Source of the DNA: Malacoraja senta
Lineage: Eukaryota
Length of the DNA: 64,000 nt
Assembly (NCBI GenBank): GCA_038087875.1
Contig: CM075989.1
Location: 23,624,001 to 23,688,000, forward strand
Direction: 5' to 3'
The position numbers were made by a program, and so were the translations under genes. This document shows positions 33,851-48,600 of this stretch, piece after piece (within the stretch, counting starts at the first letter, position 1; each line of letters begins with the position of its first letter). The notes under the pieces are model-generated. The model was not told the origin of the DNA. It did not search any database and was given only the letters and a program-made list of their open reading frames with translations.

Positions 33851-36112
33851 CACTCGGACTATCTTTGATCGGACTTTACTGGCTTTATCTTGCACGAAAT
33901 GTTATTCCCCTATCTTCCACCTGTACACTGTGAATGGCTTAATTGTAATTATACATAGTCTTTCCACTGACTGGTTAGCACGCAACAAAACTTTCTCTGT
34001 TCCTCGGTACAAGTGACAATAAACTAAACTAAACTAAACCCACCTCCATGCATGAAACGACCCGAAACGTCACCTATTCCTTGCTCCATAGATGCTGCCT
34101 CACCCGCTGAGTTTCTCCAGCATTTTTGTCTACCTGCCATGCCTCACTATATGTTGTGATGCAGCATTCACATTGCTAAGTGTATTCCTCTATACAAGAT
34201 TTTTGATGATACAGCTTTTAAAACTCTTTCTCTCCCCATCATTACACCTTCGCGTGTACATGTATCGACATCCATTGGAAGGATGTAATTGAAAGGAACT
34301 TTGGTTTCTTTCTAACCCGATGGTGGTTTATTTTGCACTGGTTATGTAGCGGACCACAAATTGATTTTTTTGAAGATGTCGCGAATTCATGTCCGCGTGA
34401 ATTATTAAGCAGGGCCGCATAACATGAACATAAAGAACCGCGCGGTAATGATCTATCTGCCTGATGAATACTCTCGTGGCTTCATTAAGATTTGCTCCAA
34501 GGACTTTTTTCCTACCTTTTTGTACATTAAAGGAATTTTATTTCTTCTTAATATTTACTTTTCAGGGTTGTGCTGCCTCTTGTAATGAGTAGCTAATCCA
34601 TCAACGCCATGTGTCCCAAATATTGTTTCTATTTCTCATGCTGTATTATTAAACATGTTTTAACAATTAATAAGGCACACTCAGTCTTTTGGATTACAAC
34701 CTAATCACCGTGGAATAGAACATCTTTGAAATTGTTGGTCCAGAATTCCTAGTGATAACTATAAGATACCTGGTATAAATAATTTGTACTTGACTTTATT
34801 CAGACTTTTTGGGACTGGGGGGCAGGCAGTCAATCTAAAGATAATGTCGAAAACGGAATTTATACAAACGAGAAGACAAAATACTCTGCAGTATTGCGTA
34901 CGAAAGAATTGCAGATGTTGGTTTAAATCGAAGATAGACTCAAAATGCTGGAGTAACTCAGCGGGACAGGCAGCATGTCTGGAGAGAAGGAATGGGGTGA
35001 CGTTCGGGTCAAAACCCTTCTTCAGATAGGTTGAGTTGTCTGAAGAAGGGCCTCGAACCGAAACATCACCCATTTCTTCTGTCCAGAGATGCTGCCTGTC
35101 CCACTGAGTTACTCCAGCATTTTGTGTCTATCTCGCTCTACACTTTTGTTTCTTGAAAGTACCTGTGTCTTTGCTTAATACAACTCAGTTCTCCAGATCA
35201 AATTGACCTTATACCTATATATTGTATATATTCCCTTGTCTCAATGTATTCCCCCAGAAGCAATACCCACATTTCTCCAGGTTTAATATAATTTCCCATT
35301 TTCTGCCCAACCAACAAGAAAGTCATCCTACCATAACTAGAGAGCAGCCCTGAACTACTATCTACCTCATTTGGTGACCCTCGGACTCTCCTTGATCGGA
35401 CCGAGGTACAGTGAAAAGCTTTTGTTGTGTGCTTTCCAGTCAGCAGAAAGACTATACATGATCACAATCGAGCCATTTACAGTGTGAAGATAGATATATG
35501 ATAAGGGAATAGCGTTTAGTGCAAGGTAAAGGCAACAAAGTCCGATCAAAGATAGTCTGAGGATCACCAGTGAGGTAGATAGTAGTTCAGGACCGCTCTC
35601 TAGTTGTGGTAGGATGATGCAGTTGCCTGATAACAGCTGGGAAGAAACTGTCCCTGAATCGGGAGGTGTGCGTCTTCACACTTCTGTACCTTTTGATCAG
35701 CAGCAGCCCGGAATGTTCCTGAGCCGAGGAATCTGAATGTGACCCTGACCCTGATCTCCGTGAGCAAACAGACTAGCAACGCGTGAGGTTGCCCCGAGAA
35801 CACAGGAGGTCACGGCTTCAGCAAGGACAAAGACATGAGTGTGCACCGTTTCAACGAGAGACTGGATTTAAAAAGTCTGGTTGAAACTCACACCAGAGCT
35901 GACTTTGGCTGGTGGACAGCTGTTGATGTCACTTGGGGGAATTTACACTGGAAGAAAGATTCTTAGGCAAGCAAGAACTCAGGAGCCGGGCTTCACGATG
36001 TGAAGAAATGTGTGAGATATTGTTTATTCCTGGTCGAGCTCATTTTCAACGGCACAGTACTTTATGGAGATGTGAAAGGTGTCTTGAGACAGGAGCGAAG
36101 AACACATGAGAG

Positions 36113-36417
36113 CGCGGTGGCGCAGAGGTAGAGTCTCTGCCACACAGCGTCAGAGACCCGGGTTCCATCCTGACTACGGTTGCTGTTTGTACAGCGTTTG
36201 TAGGTTCTCCCTGTGACTGCGTGGGTTTTCACCGGGTGCTCCGGTTTTCTCCCACTTTCCAAACACGTGCAGGGTTGTAGATTAACAGGCATCTGTAAAA
36301 GCCCCTGGTGTGTAGGATGTGAAACTGGGATAACATAGAACTAGTGTGTGGGTGATCATTGGATGCCTTGACCTCGCTGGGCTAAAGAGAGTGTTTCCAT
36401 GCTGTGTGTCTCTAAAC
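36113..36417 (+). mobile_element. V-SINE (HE1-like)
   Basis: Same family. Confidence 0.75.
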
Positions 36418-36869
36418 TCTGAACAAAGTAGAAGTAAGCTGTTCCAAATGGAAACCAAAAGCTGTTTCATGTTATGAAGGGTATTTCATAAGGTCATAAG
36501 TGATAGGACTAGAATTGTAAATAGTCCCCAGTGTGTGTGTGTGTAGGAGAGTGTTAGTGTGCGGATATCACTGGTCGACGTGGACTCAGTGGGCCGAAGG
36601 TCCTGTTTCCACACTGTATTTCTAAACTAAACTAAACTAAACTAAAAGGAAATACCGCAGTCCATTGTAAAACAATATTTGTGATGATTCACTTAAGTTG
36701 TTGTTGCTAAATACAGACCTCTTTGGAGAAAGAATGTTAGCATGTGAGAATAATACCGCTAATCGTGCAGAACAAGAAGCAAAAGCTGCAGGAAATTTTT
36801 CAAGTTCAATAAAAAGAGGCTTTTGTATTTAGTTTGTGATTCAGGCAATCTTTTTTATAGATTTGCGGC

Positions 36870-37120
36870 ATGTAAATAGGCTCTTCAGCCCACCGGGTCC
36901 ACGCTCACCAGCGATCCCACATAGTTACACTATCCTACACACACTAAGGACAATGGACCTACAAACCTGTACGTCTTTGGAGTGTGGGAGGAAACTGGAG
37001 CTCCCTGGGAAAACCCACACAGGTCACGGGGAGAATGTACAAACTCCATACAGACAGCAGGATCGAACCCGGGTCTCTGGAGCTGTAAGGCAGCAACTCT
37101 ACCGCTGCGCCACCGTGCCG
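36870..37120 (-). mobile_element. V-SINE (HE1-like)
   Basis: Reverse complement of the same family. Confidence 0.75.
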
Positions 37121-38509
37121 CGTACAAAGTAACAAGCAAAAAAAATGAAGAGGAAGAAAAAGTTAAACAAATGTTATCGGCACCTTATCCAGGGAATTAT
37201 GTAGCGGTTACGTTTATGAAATGCACGAGACAGAACGTGAGAGACTGTGCGTGTAAATCTGGGCAAAATGGGAATGTGTAGAAATGAAACGTGAATTCAA
37301 AGCCAACTTCAGACTCAACATGTGTGTGCGAGTGGAGCCAAGGCAATGGAGTATGGCATGATGTTTGAGTTCCAGACTATGCCGGACTTCAGCATAATGT
37401 CTGTATGTAATTTTGCAAAACTTACCAGGCAGAGGCAGTGCAATTTTCTAATAAGTATTTCTATAATCAGAAGCAGATTTTGAGTTACATTACGTGAAAC
37501 ATAAACTTTTCCATTATATTCATACATACAAAAAATGGAGACTTTGAAGTGGTTTTCAACAGGAGAAATGAACCCACCTGTGAATAAGTACCAGTTGTGG
37601 CCACGATTCCCCATGTTTTTTCTATATTATGCAAGTACAGGCCAAGTTGTGCTGCAAGACATAAATAATTGATTCTTTATGAACATCAATTGCTCTTGTA
37701 ACCAGGCCAATCTATGAAAGTTGCAACACACACTGCATTCATTCAGTCCCAACCTTTGACTCTCGATCTTCATCCTTCATATACTTTTGTGTCTTCACCG
37801 AACTAAAGAAAACTTTCACCTCACGAAAGGAGACCATTCGGCCCATCTTCGATATATACTACCATCTGCAGTTCCTTCCTACCCATTCAGCCCATGTCTG
37901 CTCTTAACTACAATTTAGACCATTTCCATTGCACAGTCCATGTTATTGAACCTTTTTTTTTCAAATATTGATTTATTTCCCTCTTGAAATTTTAGCAAGT
38001 CTGATTTGAAGCATGATCTCATCTTTGCAAGCCTCTGGGTAAATAAATAAAAACCCTGTGATACCTTTGTTCTTTTGGCGATGACATTCAATGTATTTTA
38101 AAGTTACTTTTCTCTTTCATTTGAATTTCTCTGCTTTGAACTGCTCGTCCCACCTCCTCAGCCTTGATTTTTATGTTTCTACAATCTCTTTTCATATTCA
38201 ACGTTATATCAATTATATCAAGATATAATTTTTAATGTAACTTTTAAATAATTGTTCACTTTTTTTAAAGTAGTCCCAATCTGTCCATTGCTATCCTTAT
38301 CTCAAGTTCAAACCACACAAAGTGCTGGAGGGACTCAATGGGTCAGGCAGCATCCGTAGAGGGAACAGATAGGTGATGTTTCAGGTCGGGACCGTTCGTC
38401 AGACTCGTAGTCGAAGGGTCCTGCACAAAACATTACGTATCCATTCACTCCACAGAGGCTGCCTGATCTGCTGAGTCCCTTTTGTTAACCTAGCTGGCAT
38501 TCTTCCAAT

Positions 38510-38760
38510 TGCAGAAGTTTATTACTGATCCATTACTTATCTTTCTCCGTAACCAATTTAAAATATGTGGAGTTATGGTCACTATCTCCAAAATGATTCC
38601 CCACTGACATTCCTTCCACTTGGCCAGCAACATTCCCCAAGATAAGGTCCAGTAATGCTCCACCCCTCTTTGGTCTTCCAACATATTGTGCAAGAGGCCC
38701 TCCTGCACACACCTCAACAATCCCTTCAAATCCCTTCATAACTCTATTGCTCCGAGTCAG
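38510..38760 (-). mobile_element. CR1 endonuclease-domain fragment
   Basis: QYVGRPKRGGALLDLILGN...GDSDHN. Confidence 0.8.
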
Positions 38761-38851
38761 GGAATAGTTTTCTTATACACCAAGAAAACATGGCCCTAGA
38801 TTGTTGGATACAATAAAGCAAGTAAGAGAATAACATTATATGACATTTCAG

Positions 38852-39165
38852 GGTGGCACGGTGACGCAGCGGTGGAGTTGCTGCCTCACAGCGCCAGAGA
38901 CCCGGGTTCGATCCTGACTACGGGTGCTGTCTGTGCGGAGTTTGCACGTTCTCCCTGTGACCGCGTGGGTTTTCTCCGGGTGCTCCGGTTTCCTCCTACA
39001 CTCCAAAGACGTGCAGGTTTGTAGGTTAATTGGCCTTGGTAAAATTGTAAATTGTCCCCTGTGTGTGTAGGATAGTGCTAGTGCACGGGGTGAACGCTGG
39101 TCGGCGTTGACTTGGGTGGGCTAAAGGTTCTGTTTCCGCGCTGTATCTCTGAAACTAAACTGAAG
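38852..39165 (+). mobile_element. tRNA-derived V-SINE (elasmobranch HE1-like), near full length
   Basis: Pol III A box (tgacgcagcgg) and B box (ggttcgatcc), V-domain ggagtttgcacgttctccctgtgaccgcgtgggttttctccgggtgctccggtttcctcc, CR1-like 3' tail and (aaact)n end. Confidence 0.85.
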
Positions 39166-40934
39166 TAAAAAATTGCAGCATTGGGGACCTGGCCGTGAGG
39201 GGTGGACTGTGGCTCTGTGAATGAGTGAACACTCTGCATTGATGATCAGAACTCGTCATTCCAAAAAACATGTCATGAGGGCTCAGTCTCACAGCGGCTC
39301 AGATTACAGCTGAGATTAGATCAAAGATTTGCTGGATATGTCTAAGGACGCATAGACATGCACTTCAGTCTTACTCTGCGACGAGCCAGAAATGTGCTTC
39401 CTTCTGGGCTGGGGTCCATTTCTCCGCTGGCTCTCTGGTTGGACTGTGAGAGAGACTTTCACTGCCTTGTTCCTCTGCGATTGCTCTGGATAATGGATTT
39501 CCTCTCTTCCTGTGAGGAAATCAGGCCCAGATTTCAGCTTCCCCATTTAGTTCTTCACCCTGTGTAGGAAGGAACTGCAGATGCTGGCTTACACCGCAGA
39601 TAGACACAAAATAGAAACATAGAAAAGTAGGTGCAGGAGTAGGCCATTCGGCCCTTTGAGGCAGCACCGCCATTTAATATGATCATGGATGATCATCTAA
39701 AATCAATACCCTGTTCCTGCTTTCTCCCCATATCCCTTGATTCCTTTTGCCCTAAGAGCCATATCTAATTCTCTGTTGAAAACATCCAGTGAATTGGCCT
39801 CCACTGCCTTCTGTGGCAGAAAATGCTGGAGTAACTCAGCGGGACAGGCAGCATCTCTGGATAGAAGGAATGGGCGATGTTTTTGGTTGAGACCCTTCTT
39901 CAGACATTCAGATTTAGAGGGCAGGGGGTGATCTGTGAGGAGTTGCATTCTTTGCTCTACAATAGAGGACAAATTTGCTGGCATTGATTGACTTCCACAG
40001 GTTAAGAAACTTAAAAAATAAATTAAAACCCCAAAATACTTGAAATATTCAGCAGGTCAAGTTGCAACTATAGAGAAGGGAGAGAGATATCCAGACTTAA
40101 TAGATGGAACATGCAACAAATAAATGTTCATTCTGAAGAAGGGTCTCGACCCGAAACATCACCCATTTCTTCTCTCCAGAGATGCTGCCTGTCCCACTGA
40201 GTTACTCCAGCATTTTGTGTCGATCTTAAATTCTTTTCCCCTCTTGTTTCCAGAGAGTCCTGCATCTGTGACCCCTTCCAATGGGTGACCTCAGGTTTGC
40301 TTCTCTCTTCTCTGTCCACATTAACAACACAATGTAACTGCAAATTGTCCTTTGAGCCTTTTGAACCCAGCACGATAATCACTGGAGATATATCAAAAGT
40401 AAAAAATGGAGCAGCAAACTGAAATAAGCAAAATATGTTGCCAAAAGTGAAAAGCAGGTAAGGCAGCATCTGTGGAGAAACAGTTAATGATTTAGAATTT
40501 GAATTCTTCATCCGATCTGTTCGGATGTGGTTTCTGGACTTGAAGCATTAATGGCTTTACCTTACACTAAACATTATTCCCTTATCATGAATCTCTACAC
40601 TGTAAATGGCTCGAGTGTAATCATGTGTTGTCTTTCCTCTGACTGGTTAGCACGCATCAAAGCTTTTCACAGCACCTCGGTACACGTGACAATTAACTAC
40701 ACTGAGATACGGCCAGACTTGCTAAGGGTTTCAAGAGTTAGCAGGAGTTACTGAAACCAAACCAACTATCAGACTGATCCTTCTCCTGCCTCCACATTCC
40801 ATTTTTCCCCCCCACCAGCGTAATCAAGGACCAGTCCCACCCTGGCCACTCTCCCCTTCTTTCTTCAGACTGGCTAGCACGCAACAAAAGCTTGTCACTC
40901 AGTAGACGGCACAATAAATTAAAGTAAACTAAAC

Positions 40935-41310
40935 ACTCACTCCCCGGAGCCAGAACTAAACATGGAGAAGCAGCGTTTAGTTTTTATGCACCACATATAT
41001 GGAACAAACTTCCAGAAAAATGCAGGTCCGCTCCAACTCAGTTCTTTTAAATAGAGGCTGAAGACATTTCTGATTGATGTTGCCTTTAATTACTTTAAAT
41101 TTTAATTAAATAAAATAATTATTCATTTCTAACACTGCACCGCAATTTTTATTCTTGTATTTTTTACTTGTCTTATTCTATTTTAGCTTGTTTTTATTTT
41201 CTATTCTTTTAAATGAATGTTTTTAATTGTTTTTGATTGCTTTTTAATAATTTGTGTAAAGCACAATTGCCTTGTTGCTGAAATGTGCTATATGAATAAA
41301 CTTGCTTGCT
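40935..41310 (+). mobile_element. L2-clade LINE 3' end
   Basis: LPGARTKHGEAAFSFYAPHIWNKLPEKCRSAPT...RLKTFL, then an AT-rich UTR ending aaatgtgctatatgaataaacttgcttgc. Confidence 0.75.
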
Positions 41311-42202
41311 TACTACAATCAGTCAGAAAAAGAGTCCCAAACCAAAATGTCACCTGTCCTTGTTCTCCAGAGATGCCGCCTGGCCTGCTGAGTTACTCCA
41401 ACACTTGTTGTCTATCTTTGGTATAAAGCAGCATCTGCAGTTCCTTTTTACTACATTCAAGTAATTGGAACGACATTTCACTTACCTGTTTCACTGCAGC
41501 TCCCACTGATCCATGTACAGACTATGGAGTCGGTGGCTCATTGACAGAGGACACTGACTGAATGTGTTACAGTGGTGGGCAGCGTATACTCTACTGCAGA
41601 GAGTCTGCATACCATGATGGACTGACACAAAAAGCTGGAGTAACTCAACGAGTCAGGCAGCATCTCTGGAGAAAAGGAATAGGTGACGTTTCGGGTCAAG
41701 ACCATTCTTCAGACCTCAGAGTCTGAAAAAGGGACTGAACTCAAAACATCACCCATTCCTTCTCTCCAGAGATGCTGCCTGACCCGCTGAGTTACTCCAG
41801 CTTTTTGTGTCTATCTTCGGTTTAAACCAGCATCTGCAGTTGCTTCCTACAACATGCTGTGCTGATAATCTTCCAGCAGAACAAGAGCAACGTCTGGACT
41901 GTGATGTTTCTGAAGCCTTAACCTCCATCTGGCTCTGAAGAGAGATGAGAAGCAGAGCCAAATCTGCAGGCAAGCAGTCAGATCGGGTCAAAGATGTCGA
42001 GTCAGCTTTGGATTAAACAAAGAGCAACAAGTTGATGAAACAATTACACACAGCTGTGGGTGTGCTGGCAAGTACAACACTCACTGGCCTCAACAATCTG
42101 CCCAAACAGAGCAGAGAGGATCAACCTTCTGAGCAGCCACAGTCCCTGTTAAGAACCTACTCCCTTGATGCTGCTAACTAATGGGAGCCAGCCCCCCTCG
42201 GC

Positions 42203-42655
42203 CAAACCGATCTCCCAGCTGCTAAACGCTTTAACTCCCCCTCCCATTCCCGCACTGACCTTTCTGTCCAGGGCCTCCTCCATTGTCAGAGTGAGGCCCA
42301 GCGTTAATTGGAGGAACAGCACCTCACATTTTGCTTGGGCAGCTTACACCCCATTGGTATGAACATTGACTTCTCTAACTTCAAGTAACCCTTGCTTTCC
42401 CTCTCTCCCATCCCTGTCACAACAGTTTTTTGTTCTCACCTAGCAAACAGCTAACAATGGCCTGTTTCCTTTATCCGTTACTTTTCCACATATCTTTCAT
42501 TCATTTGTTCTATATCTCTCTACATCACTGTCTATATCTCTTGTTTTCCTTTCCCGTGAATTTCAGTGTGAAGAAGAGTCTCGACCCGAAACGTCACCCG
42601 TTTCTTCTCTCCAGAGATGCTGCCTGTCCCGCTGAGTTACTCCAGCACTCTGTGT
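42203..42655 (+). mobile_element. Penelope-like element 3' remnant (GIY-YIG endonuclease C-terminus plus terminal repeat)
   Basis: 42203-42388 translates DLPAAKRFNSPSHSRTDLSVQGLLHCQSEAQR*LEEQHLTFCLGSLHPIGMNIDFSNFK*, matching the PLE pattern HFN...R..LE...I..L..L.P.G[LM]N. It runs directly into the abundant gaagaag..gacccgaaacgtcacc...ctgagttactccagca repeat. Confidence 0.8.
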
Positions 42656-45600
42656 AATACACATTGTCTTGCTCGTTAGGCACCTCATCACTTTCAGTAA
42701 GCCCGATGTTGCCCCAGCCCACCCCCTGCACTCCTCATTCAATCCATACTTGATAGTGAATTGAATTAAATTGAATAAATTTATTAGCCAAATATGTACA
42801 CATACAAGGAATTTGCCTTGGTGCTCCGCTCGCAAGGATAACAACACGATATACAGTAGACAATTAAAAATAAAACATTATCCAGGCAGCGGAAAGACAA
42901 TGCATGATTACAATCGAGCCATTTACAGTGTACAGATACATGATAAGGGAATAATGTGTGGTGCTTGCTTGCTTGTTGACTGATTGCTGGCCAAGAGACT
43001 CACTGGTTTGTTGCCTGTAGACACAGTGTAAACCGCAATCTTCATCACAAACTTCTGACCAAAGGATCAGATGAGACCCCCGAAAAAATATTTAAAGTGA
43101 GAAATGTTTCGATAGGAATCGAGGTTTAAGAGTGTGGGGCGATTTGTGGAGCTGCTTCTGTGGCCAGCACGCAAATAGTCGCCTGGGTTGGGCACCATCG
43201 TGGAAGCATAGTTTCAGCATCAATGGATCCTGTCTAAAACCGGGATCCTTAGCTAACCTTTCTCCTTAACTTAAAGACACTGAAGCCAAATGCAGTTATC
43301 CAAAGCCTTGCCGTTGCTAAAATCAGCCAAGATTATAGCATTCTGGCCTTTCATTAAACCATGACGGATAACTGAGAAGGCAGCAAATACTTTATTTGAA
43401 AATTGTATCCATCATATATGGCACTCACCAATGATATGAATCCTATCACACACATTACTGCAGGACTGCAATGGTTGAATTGAAATGGTATTCACCCAAA
43501 TTCCTAGACTGAAAGAACTAAATAAACCAAAGTTCAAAGCGATTTTAAGAGCAGATTGAAAGTCCTATTGCATGTCGAATATTTTGGCTTGGAGTATTTT
43601 GGCCTGGAGTATTTTTGCCTGGAGTATTTTTGCCTGGAGTATTTTGGCCTGGAGTATTTTTGCCTGGAGCATTTTTGCCTGGAGCATTTTGGCCTGGAGC
43701 ATTTTGGCCTGGAGTATTTTGGCCTGGAGTATTTTTGCCGGGAGTATTTTTGCCGGGAGTATTTTTACCTGGAGTATTTCGGCCTGGAGTGTTTTGGCCT
43801 GGAGTATTTTTCATACACAGACCAAATCAAGAGTTTAAATCACGATGCTAATATTTTTGTGCAGATTACTTATTTGACCTGAATTGAGCGGGAGAATAAA
43901 AACAAAGAATTCTTTGTCACTGGACTAATTATGTACTAATATATCCATCTATCTTTCCAGTCACAAGGTCTGCTAGTTGTATGGCACTTCTGTTAAAATG
44001 TTCATAGCTGCAGTAGGTAGACAGTTCACACGAACACAGGCCACAGTAAGAGGCTCCCAGCTGCCTCAATCAGCAATTCTTGCTGCACAGGTGGTTATAA
44101 TTACAATCAGTTCTTGAAGCTACTTTAACGATTAATTTGGAGGCTTTCATGCATTTCATTTCCACATTAATGCGATGTCATAGTTATGGAGTCATATAAC
44201 ACAGAAATAGGCCCCACAGCCCAATCCGCCCATGTTGACCAAGACGCCCCATCTCAACGAGTCCCATTTACCTGCGTTTGGCTCATATCCCTCCAGAGCT
44301 TTGCTATCCATATACCAGTCTGAAGAAGGGTCTCGACCCGAAACATCACCCATTACTTCTCTCCAGAGATGCTGCCTGTCCCGCTGAGTTACTCCAGCTT
44401 TTTGTGTCTATCCAATTGTCTTTTAAAGTTTAGTTTAGAGATACAGCGCAAAAACAGGCCCATCGGCCCACCGAATCCGCGCCGACCAGCGATCCCTGCA
44501 CACTAACACTATCCTACACACACTAGAGACACATAACCCCCAAGGCACAGGCGTGGCTAGAGAGGAGGGGGGGTGGAGAGGGAGAGGGAGGGGGTAGAGA
44601 TTGAGGGGTGGGGGGGCGCGGCGTCACTGGGGAGGGCTGGTTTCTGATCGCAATATTCCACCACTCACCCATTCGTCCCAATATTCACCACTCCCTAGAG
44701 AGGGAGGGGGGGGGGGGCAGAGAGGGAGGGGGGCAGAGATGGAGGGGGGCAGAGAGGGAGGGGGGGCAGAGAGGGAGGGGGGGCAGATAGGAAGGGCCCC
44801 CTCCCACCCTTCTCCTCCTCCCTCTCCTCCCCCCCTCTCCATCCACCCCTCCCTCTCTCCCCCCACCCCCCCTATCCCCCCCCGCTCTCTGCCCCGGGGA
44901 GGGGGTAGAGAGGGAGGGGGAGCGGTAGAGGCAGCACCTACCCAGGTTGTAAAGCTCTTTGCGACGTCATCACTCGGGTGCTCCTCAGGTTATCTCGGGT
45001 TCTGTCGGGAAACCCGAGCCGAGGCGCGAGCGTACTTAGTGTGCAGTGGCTGGAAAGTCTCAGAAGCGCATTCGGAAGCCGTCGGGATCTGCAGAACAGA
45101 GCCCACTTGCTCTTTCTTTCTGCGTCTTTTGAAGAACTGGTGGGGGGGGGAGGGGGATAGGGTGGTGACGTCCCTCCTGGAAAACAGTGCCCAGCAGGCA
45201 GCGCGTTGAAAACTGCGCAGCTGGCCGCGAGGAGCAAAGGGATTGTGACGTCATCCAGCTCGCTTCAGCACATTAGATTTTAAAAAATGTCAGATTGATG
45301 AACAATTTTAGTAAAAAACCCAGGAAATAATTAATCACATTTTCAGACGACGGGACTTTTGAAATCAAGAGGTAAATCTTTACCGGAATATGTAAACATT
45401 TCACCGTTACTGCGTCGGGTTTTCGAGGAGATGTGAATCAAAGAAATAGTTCAAGCAAGCATCCCCACAAGTAAACATCCAAGATCAGAGTTTAATAATA
45501 TAATGGATGTCCAAAAAGAAGTGGCTGGTAGGACAATTGAAGGCTATTTTTTTTTAATTTACAATAGTTCTTGATTGGGAGCAATTCATAAATTTGAATA

Positions 45601-48600
45601 CTAAACTTATTCAAAAAGAGAGGGATACAGAGTAGGAATCTATAGGCAGTTACCGTGATATCTGAAATATGGAAAATGTTAGAAGATATTATCGGATATT
45701 TTATAGCAGGGCATTTAAAATATATCAAGGTAATCGGGCAAATTCCACGGTTTAGTTAATGCGGGTATTGGTGCTCTTAGATGAAGTAACTTTTGCTGCG
45801 GATGGAGCAGGTATCAGAGGTTATGGGGATAAGGCAGGAAAATGGGGTTAGGAGGGTGAAATAGATCAGCTATGGTTGAATGGCGGAGTAGACTTGATGG
45901 GCTGAATGGCCTAATTCTGCTCCAATTACTTATGACCAGAGACCACGGCCACTGCATTGCAAGCTTTCTCCTGCTGGCAACCCCAATGGGTGGACGTCCT
46001 TTATAGAGTAGCAAGGCAAAGTGTCAGAAACACACCGACTTGCGTCTGGTTCTGTTCAGCACACACGGACTTCATTTCAGCACCGTAACCTCCGTGTGAA
46101 GCACTTTAATCTTCTTCCAGACTTAATTCTTCCCTCATAAATTTAACCAGCATTACTGCAACTGTAATCATGAAGCAATGTGGCTCTTAACAATCACCCT
46201 GCACACCATGTCCAAAATTAAATACAGGCAATTGAATTCAGGATAAATGCTTGTAATTTTCAACATGTGAAATGTTATTTTGTCATCACCCTCCATCAAA
46301 GAATGCATGAATACAAAATGGAAACACAAGCCTGGGGCATACATTCAACTGAGATTGGGTGGCACGGAGGCGCAACGGTAGAGTTGCTGCCTTACAGCGC
46401 CAGAGACCCGGGTTCAATCCTGACTACGGGTGCTGTCTGTATGAAGTTTGTACGTTCTCCCTGTGACCACATGGGTTTTCTCTGGGTGCTCCGGTTTCCT
46501 CCCACATTCCAAATACGTGCAGGTTTGTAGGTTAAATGGCTTCTTTAAATTGTCAATAGAGTGTAGGATAGAACTAGTGTACGAGTGATCACCGGTCGGC
46601 GCGGACTTAGTGGGCCGAAGGGCCTGTTTCCATGCTGTATCTCGAAAATTCCAGTGAGACTTGGGAATCAAAATAGTTGGGTTGCCACAAAACACCTTGA
46701 AACCAATGTTCTGATTCACTCTGTTCCACTGGCCAGTTTTAAAGTAGCAGTTACCGTGACAACATTGGTGTGCACATTATTGTGGACATTACTCCAGCTC
46801 GCCTCACCTTCTTCTCTCTGCAACTTCACACACAAGCGAGTTCTGTTGAAGATTCCATGACCCGACTTATTACATGTTTCACTCCCACCGATGTCACATA
46901 ATTCACTGAGCTTTTTCAGTTGGTTTTCTGGTGTTAACACAAAACCAACATTAGTGAGAATGGGCCAAGGTCTGATGTTCCTAGGAAGACTATTTCCAAT
47001 AAGGAATTTTCCTTTTTTTAAAATAAATATTATAATAAAAAATGAGGCAACTAACTTTTAAAAGGATTTATGTGTAATTATAATTGATAATTTGACTGAG
47101 GAGCCTGAAGAAGAGTTCTGACCCAAAATGTCACCTATCCATCGTCTCTGAAGATGCTGCCTGACCCGCTGAGTTACGCTAGCACTCTGTGAAACGTCAC
47201 CTATCCATGTTCTCTGCAGATGCTGCCTGACCCACTGAGTTACTCCAGCACTCTGTGAAACGTCACCTATCCATGTTCTCCACAGATGCTGCCTGACCCA
47301 CTGAGTTACTCCAGCACTCTGTGAAACGTCACCTATCCATGTTCTCCACAGATGCTGCCTGACCCACTGAGTTACTCCAGCACTCTGTGAAACGTCACCT
47401 ATCCATGTTCTCCAGAGATGCTGCCTGACCTGCTCAGTTACTCCAGCACTCTGTGAAACATCACCTATCCATGTTCTCCACAGATGCTGCCTGACCCGCT
47501 GAGTTACTCCTGCACTCTGTGAAACGTCACCTATCCATGTTCTCCACTGATGCTGCCTGACCCACTGATTAAACCAACACTCTGTGTTCTCACGGCTATG
47601 TTGGAATGATCAACCGACTTTGGTTCACATTATTTATCAAACCGTTTGAGCTTTGATGGTGACTAATTGTTTCATTGATTGAAATCCATTTTCAAGTGGA
47701 AAAATGAACTTGCAAACAGCCACGTGTTATAATGATAGTTTAACCTTTTTTTTACTGATGCTGTTTTGAAGATTAAATATTGATCAAAATATATGGATAA
47801 CTTCCCTGTTCCACTTTGATTTTCGTCTTGGTACATCATGGGCCTGATGCCATCTTACACTACAACACTCACTGAGATGGCAGCCGAGATTTTGTAGTTC
47901 TGAGATTCTAGAAGGGGACATGAATTCATACATTCTCCCTCAGAATACTCTTATACTTTGTGTCACCTGCAGAGGCAGAGACAGATTGCAAAGACAAAAT
48001 GCCCTGTCAAATTAATAGTTATAAAAAGGGAAATCTAAATTTGAGTAATTGAATGCAATATATTTGCATACATTAAATGGGAACACAGTGCATTTTTAAA
48101 ATCATGTTTAATTTTACAAAGAAATATTTGTAGTTAACAAAAAATTGTTCATTTTTTTAAGCAGAATTTGTCGTCAAGAATATTACTTGCTGATTTATTT
48201 ACAGATTATCACATTGGATACATCTTTGGCAAGCTGTGATTTTTAAGCTTCTAGTGAGCATTAAGATGACCCAAAATAGCAAATATCATTGCATATCACA
48301 AAAGCAAAATGTTTTAACATTCACGATGCTATGGAACAACTTAAAGCACTAAGAAACCAACAAACCAGCCTGACACATTATATTCTTAATTTTCATTAAG
48401 TCCACAAAGCCTTACAACCTGTTCTAATTCCAGATTTCATTCCAAACCTTCATTTTGACTAAACACACTCAACTGAAGCTGAGAAAACATTTAAAACAAC
48501 AAAGGAAGCTTAATTAAATGGGTTTTTTTTGCACGTTTTGGGAATTACATTCACAGATTTCAGGAAAACTGTGACAAGAGCATTTGGAATCAGACTTGAA

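Noticed and set aside
41470..41600. Strong minus-strand donor CAG|GTAAGT at about 41480-41488 as a possible missing BNC exon
   Set aside because: Upstream sequence has stop codons in all three frames and no basonuclin similarity.
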